Part shown: one piece after another, positions 57,033 to 64,000 of the stretch
Layout: every line of letters begins with the position of its first letter
How positions within the stretch are numbered: the stretch's first letter is position 1
Origin: Candidatus Aenigmatarchaeota archaeon
GTDB lineage: Archaea > Aenigmatarchaeota > Aenigmatarchaeia > CG10238-14 > SpSt-28
Reading direction: 5' to 3'
DNA: 64,000 nucleotides
Assembly: GCA_038997355.1 (NCBI GenBank)
Contig: JAWBAC010000001.1
Span: 4,820 to 68,819, forward strand
The notes under the pieces: generated by a model
Database searches by the model: none
Seen by the model: the letters and a program-made list of their open reading frames with translations, nothing else
What the model was told of the DNA's origin: nothing
Position numbers and translations under genes: made by a program

Positions 57033-57551
57033 TTAAGGAGAAAGTTTAGCAAAGAATTCTTTTAGTGCAATTCTATTTATTATTTCAACTACTTTTCTAT
57101 TAACATACTTTTTCCATTCTTCATTTCCCTCTTTTATTAATCTTCTTATGTTTGTTCCGTTTATTGTATCATACTTAAATGGTTTAAATCTCTTAACCTG
57201 CTTTTTGCTTTCGAAGCTTTTTGCTACCCAATCGCTTGCTGTATATACTTCATCGAAATTTGCTTTTTGAATTAATTCATTTGCCCATTCTTCATCGCTG
57301 CTCTTATCTTCTATTGTTATTATTTCTATTTTTCCTTCGTTTATCTCTTTTGAAAACACTGCCTCTAACATTAACTTTCTTTCTTCTGCTGTGAAAGGAT
57401 TATTTTCGCTTCTAGCTTTATCTGCGCTTCCTATTACTACTATTACTTTTTCATATAGCTTTAGTGCTTTCTTTATAGCTCTTTCATGACCTTTGTGCAA
57501 AGGTTGAAACCTAGCAACAAAAAGTCCTACTGCCATGATATACTTTTTCAT
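57033..57551 (-). CDS. nadM: nicotinamide-nucleotide adenylyltransferase (archaeal NadM)
   Basis: 172 aa. GLFVARFQPLHKGH is the (H/T)xGH nucleotidyltransferase motif in the NadM context. Confidence 0.8.
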   Translation of the reverse strand: MKKYIMAVGLFVARFQPLHKGHERAIKKALKLYEKVIVVIGSADKARSENNPFTAEERKLMLEAVFSKEINEGKIEIITIEDKSSDEEWANELIQKANFDEVYTASDWVAKSFESKKQVKRFKPFKYDTINGTNIRRLIKEGNEEWKKYVNRKVVEIINRIALKEFFAKLSP

Positions 57552-57567
57552 TAATCTTTAAAAATTT

Positions 57568-57804
57568 TTACTTCCTTTCTCTTAAGTAGTATAATGGTAA
57601 GCCTTTGTATGCAGATAAATATAACATTATTATAATAATTAAAAAGATAGTCATTATAAAAATTAAACCAATGAGATCTAATTTCTCATTTTCTGGCACT
57701 ATAGAATTAATATAAAATATGAATATCATTACAATAAATAGAATAGCTAAATTTATCCAAAACACCCATTTAGGTAATATAACTTCTTTTACTTTTTCTT
57801 TCAT
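57568..57804 (-). CDS. small membrane protein
   Basis: 78 aa with two TM helices. Confidence 0.3.
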   Translation of the reverse strand: MKEKVKEVILPKWVFWINLAILFIVMIFIFYINSIVPENEKLDLIGLIFIMTIFLIIIIMLYLSAYKGLPLYYLRERK

Positions 57805-57832
57805 AATATCTAATCTAAAAACAAAAAATTTT

Positions 57833-58930
57833 ATGAAAGAAGCAATACTTTATAGAATAGAAAATGAAAGAGTTGTTTGTACTGCATGCGCAAGATATTG
57901 TAAATTATTGCCAAATCAAATAGGATTTTGTGGAATAAGAATAAATAAAGATGGAAAACTTTATTTAGCAAACTATGGATTGCTTTCTGCTCTAAATTTT
58001 GATCCGATAGAGAAAAAACCATTTTTCCATTTTTATCCTGGAAGTGTTGCATTAAGTATGGGAACTTTTGGTTGTAATTGGGCTTGCAAATATTGCTGTA
58101 ATTTTGATATTTCTCAAAGAAGAAAAATAGAAGGTTTTGAATTCTTACCAGAAGATATTTTAGAGATTGCCAAAAAATACAGAGAAAAGTTCAACATATC
58201 TTCTATTTGTTTTACTTATAATGAGCCAAGTATATATGCAGAATACATTTATGATGTTGCAAAATTAGCTAAAAAAGAAGATTTTAAAATAATTTTCATA
58301 ACTAATGGATATTTAAGCGAAGAAGCAATAGATTTCTTTTCAAAATTCACAGATGCAATAACTATAGATTTTAAAGGTAATGGAAACTCTGAATTTGGTA
58401 GAAAATTTATTTCTATTCCTTCATACGAAATAGTATTTCAAAATTTGGAAGAATTAAGCAAAAAGAAAATTCACTTAGAAATAACAGATTTAGTAATTCC
58501 TAAGGTTGGAGATAATTTAGAAGATTGTAGAAAATTGTGTAAAAAAGTTTATGATGTTTTAGGAGAAAAATCAATGATTCATTTTTTAAGATTTTTCCCT
58601 ATGTATAAAATGTTAGATTTTCCTTCTACACCAATAGAAACTTTAGAATTACATGCAAAAATTGCAAAAGAAGAAGGAATAAAATATGTTTATATTGGAA
58701 ATGTTTGGGGGCACAAATTAGAAAATACTTATTGTTCTAATTGCGGAAATTTAGTAATAAGAAGATATGGATTTGAAGTTTTAGAAAGTTATTTAGATGA
58801 TAATAATAGATGTAAATTTTGCAATTATAAATTACCTATAGTAGGAAAAGTAAGCAAATCTTCTATTTCATTGCCTATTGTTGTTCCAGAAATTTCTAAT
58901 AAAAAGTATGTACAAGTTAACTTCGGATAG
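57833..58930 (+). CDS. AmmeMemoRadiSam-system radical SAM enzyme (AmrS-like)
   Basis: The ORF-track start (57719) is extended. First ATG at 57833. CTACARYC...C N-terminal cluster. GCNWACKYCCN radical SAM motif. Convergent neighbour is a Memo-like gene. Confidence 0.55.
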   Translation: MKEAILYRIENERVVCTACARYCKLLPNQIGFCGIRINKDGKLYLANYGLLSALNFDPIEKKPFFHFYPGSVALSMGTFGCNWACKYCCNFDISQRRKIEGFEFLPEDILEIAKKYREKFNISSICFTYNEPSIYAEYIYDVAKLAKKEDFKIIFITNGYLSEEAIDFFSKFTDAITIDFKGNGNSEFGRKFISIPSYEIVFQNLEELSKKKIHLEITDLVIPKVGDNLEDCRKLCKKVYDVLGEKSMIHFLRFFPMYKMLDFPSTPIETLELHAKIAKEEGIKYVYIGNVWGHKLENTYCSNCGNLVIRRYGFEVLESYLDDNNRCKFCNYKLPIVGKVSKSSISLPIVVPEISNKKYVQVNFG

Positions 58931-59741
58931 CAACTATTGATGCATAACCTACGATAATTTCTTCATCATTAGTAACATCTGCAGAATTATAATAGCACAA
59001 AAGCTTATTTTTTGAATTCATTTCTTTTGTGAATTCTATGAAAACTTGAAAAGAATAATATCCACAAATAGTGTAAAACTTTTTTGCATGAGAAACAAAA
59101 GAATTCAAATCTTTATTTAATATCGATTCGATGAATTTCATATCTGCATTTCTAACGTTTTCTTTTTTGTTTTCTTTAAAGACTTCAAAACCATATATTT
59201 TTCCGTGATGAATAAAATCGCCACTAAACAAATAAAATGTTTTTTCATCAAAGATTTCTTTTAATAATTGAACTAATGCTTTAATTTCTTGTAAACTTAA
59301 ATTGCTAACTAGTATTGGTACGATAGAAAAATCTTTTAAATAATATTGCAAAAATGGCAATTGAACTTCTATTGAATGTTCTTCGCTATGAATATCTTCA
59401 TTTATTTCTGAAAATTCTAATTCCAAAAATTTTTTAACCAATTTTTTATTTATCTTAACTTTTCCTAAAGGCGTTTTAATATCTTCTGTCGATAATATAA
59501 CTTTACCTATTGATGAATGATTCGTAGCAACAATTATTACATTTTCAAAGTTAGAATTTTCCAAATTTTTATAAGTATGTAATGCACATTTTCCACTATA
59601 AATCCAACCTGCGTGAGGAACTATAGAAGCAAATATTTTTTCATTAAGTGTTTGAATGTCTTTTTCGTTTTCTTTAATAAAATCAATTATCTCTTCTTTT
59701 GAAAAAGGATAAAAACTGCCAGCGAAGCTTGCTAATCTCAC
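58917..59741 (-). CDS. Memo1-family protein (AmmeMemoRadiSam system protein B)
   Basis: 274 aa. N-terminal ASFAGSFYP and VPHAGWIYSG are Memo signatures. Confidence 0.7.
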   Translation of the reverse strand: MRLASFAGSFYPFSKEEIIDFIKENEKDIQTLNEKIFASIVPHAGWIYSGKCALHTYKNLENSNFENVIIVATNHSSIGKVILSTEDIKTPLGKVKINKKLVKKFLELEFSEINEDIHSEEHSIEVQLPFLQYYLKDFSIVPILVSNLSLQEIKALVQLLKEIFDEKTFYLFSGDFIHHGKIYGFEVFKENKKENVRNADMKFIESILNKDLNSFVSHAKKFYTICGYYSFQVFIEFTKEMNSKNKLLCYYNSADVTNDEEIIVGYASIVAIRS

Positions 59742-60127
59742 TTTAAATCCTTTAAAGTTCTAATACCCATTATTTCATAGTACCAAGTTTCTTCTCCTTC
59801 TTTTAATTTTCCTCGCTTCTCTTCAGGAATTTCTAATTCAAAGTTCTCATAAGTTTCTAAATCCATTAATTGGACTTTATCCCCTATAATAGCTAAAACT
59901 TGAGCTTTTTTTCTTTTTATTATTGGTATTTCAACATCTTCATCTGCTGGCTGTACGATACTTCTTCTTCTTCCATCAAACAATCCTATTGCCTCTACTC
60001 TTGTTTTTGCTGAACCGTGCTTTCCAGTAACACTAGTAGAAACGCTTTCAACTTTGCAAGGTACACCTTCTATCAATACTAAGTCACCTTCTTTTAATTC
60101 TTTTATTGCTTTTCTTGTTGTTTCCAT
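59738..60127 (-). CDS. translation initiation factor 5A (aIF-5A)
   Basis: 129 aa. STSVTGKHGSAKTRVEAIG contains the hypusination loop (GKHG). Confidence 0.85.
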   Translation of the reverse strand: METTRKAIKELKEGDLVLIEGVPCKVESVSTSVTGKHGSAKTRVEAIGLFDGRRRSIVQPADEDVEIPIIKRKKAQVLAIIGDKVQLMDLETYENFELEIPEEKRGKLKEGEETWYYEIMGIRTLKDLK

Positions 60128-60172
60128 AATTTTTGTAATTAAAATTAATATATTTTGTAACTATCATTTCTT

Positions 60173-60367
60173 ATGGCAAAAATAAGAGTTAATGAAAAAT
60201 GCATTGGCTGCGGAGCTTGTATTGCAATAGCTCCAGAAATATTTGAATTCAATAAAGATGGTTTTTCTTATGCAAAAATTTCTGAAACAAATGACAAAAA
60301 ACTTATAGGAAAAGCTAAAGAAGCGGCTGAAGCTTGCCCAGTAGGAGCTATTGAAGTAGAAGAATAA
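60173..60367 (+). CDS. ferredoxin (single 4Fe-4S cluster type)
   Basis: 64 aa. CIGCGACIAIAP and a C-terminal CP motif. Confidence 0.75.
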   Translation: MAKIRVNEKCIGCGACIAIAPEIFEFNKDGFSYAKISETNDKKLIGKAKEAAEACPVGAIEVEE

Positions 60368-60392
60368 AAATATATTAAAAAAGTATTTTTTT

Positions 60393-60659
60393 ATGGTAAA
60401 AGTTGAGAAAAAGATTCTAAAAGCAAGAGAATATTATTTAAAAAGAGAAACAAAGCTCAATTTTGCTATATTGCTTATTGGCATATTATTAACGATAACA
60501 TTTTTTCTCATATTGATTAATATTTCTAATCAAAATATAGAAAGTGAACAACAATTACCTAACGAAGGTATTCCGTCAGAATATTTTTTAGAAACTTCTG
60601 AAGAAGAATTTCCACCAATACCTACAGGAGAATTTATATTAGAAGAATTAGAAATATAA
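60393..60659 (+). CDS. small membrane-anchored acidic protein
   Basis: 88 aa. One TM, then an acidic tail. Confidence 0.3.
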   Translation: MVKVEKKILKAREYYLKRETKLNFAILLIGILLTITFFLILINISNQNIESEQQLPNEGIPSEYFLETSEEEFPPIPTGEFILEELEI

Positions 60660-60677
60660 TAAATTTATTCTAAATCT

Positions 60678-60749
60678 TGCGCCGGCCGGGATTCGAACCC
60701 GGGCTACTGGCTTGGGAAGCCAGTGTCCTGCCTCTAGACTACCGGCGCT
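60678..60749 (-). tRNA. tRNA-Gly (anticodon CCC)
   Basis: Reverse complement: GCGCCGG/CCGGCGC acceptor. Anticodon loop TTCCCAA. T-loop TTCGAAT. Confidence 0.85.
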
Positions 60750-60781
60750 TATATTAATGGCATAAATAAATATTAATTCTT

Positions 60782-61723
60782 ATGGATTTTGTAACCCTTT
60801 CGATAATTTTCTTTTCAATAGCTATAGCTATCGATATACTTTATAGCAAAAAGGATAGAATAATAACATTTAAAAAAGCGTTTGTATGGAGTTTTATATG
60901 GATATTTGTATCAATAATCTTCATTATAGTAGCGCATGAATTAAAAGTGAACGATTTTTTTACTCTAATGGCAATTTACTTAACAGAAAAGATTTTGTCT
61001 ATTAATAATCTATCTATTTTTCTTCTTATCTTTTCACTAACAAAAATAAACATAAGAGAAAAATTAAAAGTTCTAACATTTGGAATATATATTTCAATAA
61101 TTTTGAGAATAATGTTAATTTTCATTGGCACACTTTTAGTAAAAACATTTCTCAACATATCTTACTTGTTAATATCTATATTACTTTTGTTTTTTGGATA
61201 CTCGATGATTAAAGAAAAAAATGAATTTTTGAATAGATTTTTATATCTCATAGAAATTTTTGGGAAAAATATATCAAAAGAAGTGACACAAAAATTTCCT
61301 ATGTTTCACTTATCCTTTTCAAAACTAATAACTCTTATATTTCTAATAGGAATTGTAAATTTTATATTTTCACTAGATAACGCGTTTTCTGTTTTAGTAA
61401 TTTCTTCAGATTTTATATCTCTTCTAGTTACAACTTTGTTAGCAGTAATTGGTTTAAAACCACTATATTTTCTTTTGGAAAATGTTGCAAAAAAAGTTGA
61501 AAAATTAAAATTATTTTTAGGTATTTATATGTTTTATTTGGCTTTCGAATCTTTTCTAAAAGTTTTTGGAATAGAAATACCAAATAGCATAACTATTTGT
61601 GTTTTGTTAACTCTAATTTCAATTCCAATTATTTTACATTTTAGCAAAGATTTCACTCCAAGCCATAAAAGAAAGGAAAAGATAGAGGAAAAATCCAGTT
61701 ATAAGAATTATAAAAACTATTAG
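60782..61723 (+). CDS. TerC-family integral membrane protein
   Basis: 313 aa, ~8 TM. FSLDNAFSVLVIS and LSINNLSIFLLIFS resemble the TerC paired DN motifs. Confidence 0.45.
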   Translation: MDFVTLSIIFFSIAIAIDILYSKKDRIITFKKAFVWSFIWIFVSIIFIIVAHELKVNDFFTLMAIYLTEKILSINNLSIFLLIFSLTKINIREKLKVLTFGIYISIILRIMLIFIGTLLVKTFLNISYLLISILLLFFGYSMIKEKNEFLNRFLYLIEIFGKNISKEVTQKFPMFHLSFSKLITLIFLIGIVNFIFSLDNAFSVLVISSDFISLLVTTLLAVIGLKPLYFLLENVAKKVEKLKLFLGIYMFYLAFESFLKVFGIEIPNSITICVLLTLISIPIILHFSKDFTPSHKRKEKIEEKSSYKNYKNY

Positions 61724-63064
61724 ATTTGGTTTTATCATTTGATAAATCTTATAACTCAAGAATTTTCTAGCAATAACATAATTGTAATATAGAACTAAGG
61801 GTATTGAAAAGGTTTGAAATATTAAAGCAATGTTTGCGGATAGTTTAATTAAAAAATCTGGATTTAAAAACTCGGAAATTTTTGTTAAATATATCCATAG
61901 CAAACCATAAGCACTAAAAACTAAAAGCAAAAAGAAGTATAGTTTGTTTATTTTTATTTCTTTTTTCCTGTATTTCAAAAAGTAAATGTAAATGCTATCA
62001 GATATTTGCCTTATTAATCCTTCTGTTATGGAAAATTGTGTAGAAAAAAGTTGTATCGCAACAATTAATAAATAAAGCATTCCAAAAATATTTCCTAACT
62101 TTTGAGAAATTAGCTCAGAAACTGAAATTGCAGCATTTTTAATTTCTGAATTGCTCCCATATAGCAAATGGCCCAAAGATATAAAAATTGCCAAAGTTAA
62201 AAAGTTTAAAAAGAAATAGATAGAAAAAAATCCCATTCTAAAATTTTTTATCCATTTACTCATTTTTTCTAAATTTTCTTTATCTTCTTTTGGAAATATT
62301 GGATCTATTAAAATTTTTTCTTGTTTTTTTCTTATTCCCTTAATGCTTCCAACATATTTGCCCATACCCCATCCAATATCTCTTAGCCAATAGGTATACC
62401 AAATGTTAAATATTCCCCCAGCACCAACAAAAGCAACTGCACTAGCTAAAGTATACATCGATATATCAAACCTTAAACTTCCAAAATCTGTAAACAAAGA
62501 AACAAAAACTTTTGCTATTTCTTTATAAAGCTCTAAACTAAATATTAGAAAGATTAAGTATATCCAGCTTATAATAGTAATTGTTTTAAATATTTTTTCT
62601 AGCAGAGAAGAAATTTTATCTGCTAAAGCTAAGAGAATTATAGTTATTCCAAAAGAAATTATTGCCCAGATAAATAAACCAGTTTTATAATCTAGAGAGA
62701 AATTGTATAATCTCAATAAGCTTTCTGCACTATTAATAGCCCACGAAGGAATTCCGGCAGCTAATATAGTAAATATACCAAAAACCATCAAAGAAGTTAT
62801 TAATCCAAATATTCTTGCCATATATAACACAAAATGCTCTCCAGTAACTAAACTAATCTTTGCCATCTCTATAGTCCAAAGTGTTTGAACTAACAAACTA
62901 AAAAATGCTAACCAAACAAAAACTAATCCATAATTAGCAGCAATTTGTGGCCATAATAATAGCTCCCCAGCACCCAATCCTAAGCCAAATAATATTATAG
63001 TTGGTCCAAAAAAGAAATTCCTTAAATTTATTGGCTTTGGAACTTCCTTCTTTATTTTTGCCAT
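61634..63064 (-). CDS. polytopic transporter, Nramp-like divalent metal transporter candidate
   Basis: 476 aa, ~11-12 TM. N-terminal GPTIILFGLGLGAGELLLWP resembles the Nramp GPG.../LLW region. Low certainty. Confidence 0.4.
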   Translation of the reverse strand: MAKIKKEVPKPINLRNFFFGPTIILFGLGLGAGELLLWPQIAANYGLVFVWLAFFSLLVQTLWTIEMAKISLVTGEHFVLYMARIFGLITSLMVFGIFTILAAGIPSWAINSAESLLRLYNFSLDYKTGLFIWAIISFGITIILLALADKISSLLEKIFKTITIISWIYLIFLIFSLELYKEIAKVFVSLFTDFGSLRFDISMYTLASAVAFVGAGGIFNIWYTYWLRDIGWGMGKYVGSIKGIRKKQEKILIDPIFPKEDKENLEKMSKWIKNFRMGFFSIYFFLNFLTLAIFISLGHLLYGSNSEIKNAAISVSELISQKLGNIFGMLYLLIVAIQLFSTQFSITEGLIRQISDSIYIYFLKYRKKEIKINKLYFFLLLVFSAYGLLWIYLTKISEFLNPDFLIKLSANIALIFQTFSIPLVLYYNYVIARKFLSYKIYQMIKPNLIVFIILITGFFLYLFLSFMAWSEIFAKM

Positions 63065-63852
63065 ATTAATGATGGTTTGTTAAGAAAATTATAAAAATCT
63101 GGATTTTCTATAAAAGATTTGTAAAGATTTTCTTTCGGAAATTTAAAAAGTTTTTTTGGTCTTATAACTTCTACTTCAAAAGTTTCTGAATAATTTGGAT
63201 TTTTTATAATCTTTATTGGAATTTTAATAGGTAAAACCAATGATGATAAAATGTTATCATATGGATAAATTTGTTCGTTGCTTAACACATAAACAGCAGC
63301 TCCTCTCTTTTTTTCATAAATTTCGTAGTTTGAATGAAATTTATTACTAACTAAATTTGAAAGTATTAAATCTTTTTTGCCTATGTTTATGCTTACATGC
63401 CCAAAATTCGGAGGAATCAAAATTTTCTCTCCCTTTTTGCCAAAAACTAAAAAAACTTTTTTAACTCTTTCATTTTCAAACTCTTGTAAAATAAATAATG
63501 CTTTTCCTTTAAGAACTTCATAAACTTCTGGATAACTCAAATTGTTTTCTGCAATAGGATGTATATGGCCAAAAGTTTTATTAAATTCTCTGCCTAACAT
63601 TTTAGGAAAAATTATTGTAACATCGTATCTTAAACTTTTTTCTTCAAACAATTTTCTATCTTCTTCTCTTTTTAAATCTCTAAACATTAAGTATGTTATT
63701 TCATTTTCGTTATTCTCATTAACAAATTTTTCATCTAGTAAAACCTTTTTCATTTCTTTCAAAGTTCTTACGTTTGGCTTAATTTCGATATCATTTAAAA
63801 AAAGTTTTTTGTTTTTGTATTCTAAGTTTAGAGGTTCTGTGTTAAGTTTCAT
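63052..63852 (-). CDS. cupin-type glucose-6-phosphate isomerase (cPGI)-like protein with extra N/C-terminal sequence
   Basis: 266 aa. FGHIHPIAE...EVYEVLKGKALFILQ and LIPPNFGHVSINIG align with the archaeal cPGI metal site (GHFH...AEVY..LKGKG..LLQ and PPYWAHRTVNIG). Confidence 0.5.
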   Translation of the reverse strand: MKLNTEPLNLEYKNKKLFLNDIEIKPNVRTLKEMKKVLLDEKFVNENNENEITYLMFRDLKREEDRKLFEEKSLRYDVTIIFPKMLGREFNKTFGHIHPIAENNLSYPEVYEVLKGKALFILQEFENERVKKVFLVFGKKGEKILIPPNFGHVSINIGKKDLILSNLVSNKFHSNYEIYEKKRGAAVYVLSNEQIYPYDNILSSLVLPIKIPIKIIKNPNYSETFEVEVIRPKKLFKFPKENLYKSFIENPDFYNFLNKPSLIWQK

Positions 63853-64000
63853 AAAATTAAGTTTAATGCTTCGTAGAATATTAAAATTATCGATGTAAGC
63901 ATTAATAATAGTGATTCCTTTTTACTAACTTCGATTTTTTTATTAAACTTATAACCCAAATATCCGAAAATAAGATAATTAGATAAAATGAAAAATCCAG

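Noticed and set aside
57719-57832. N-terminal 38-codon extension of the AmrS-like ORF in the ORF track
   Set aside because: The extension overlaps the divergent small membrane gene and precedes a well-placed ATG at 57833 (MKEAILYRIENERVVCTAC). The shorter start was adopted.

Overview
Very AT-rich (roughly 25-30% GC by eye) archaeal chromosomal segment. It is gene-dense, genes often overlap by 4 nt, and tRNA genes carry introns. GC-rich islands in the AT-rich background mark the structured RNAs. I found 12 tRNA genes, six of them with introns (elongator Met/CAT, Trp, Ser-CGA, Ser-TGA, Leu-TAA, Cys), one SRP (7S) RNA, and two box C/D sRNA candidates. The window carries housekeeping translation and RNA-processing genes: r-proteins S17e, S19, L22, S3, L29, L37Ae and L23; SUI1, aIF5A, PheS/PheT and RpoP; RtcB, archease, RtcA, the CCA-adding enzyme, Trm5-like and TrmY-like methyltransferases, and Dph2. 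Central carbon genes present are GH57, a PfkB kinase, TIM, ApgM, enolase and a cupin-type PGI. Envelope genes include two tail-to-tail processive GT2 synthases and an Asn-rich repeat surface protein. There is one intact VapBC pair and one decayed HEPN/MNT remnant. Features not in the ORF track that I consider most worth follow-up: (a) an uncharacterised covalent-nucleotidyltransferase (ligase-like) ORF paired with a PIN-like ORF; (b) trans-encoded C/D sRNAs, one of which resembles the tRNA-Trp intron; (c) homologous introns shared between different tRNA species; (d) a 45-codon poly-Glu/aromatic micro-ORF on a 135-nt polypyrimidine tract; (e) the un-annotated RpoP and SRP RNA. Many ORF-track starts appear to use alternative codons, so start coordinates are approximate. 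All functional calls are from motif recognition by eye, not database searches.
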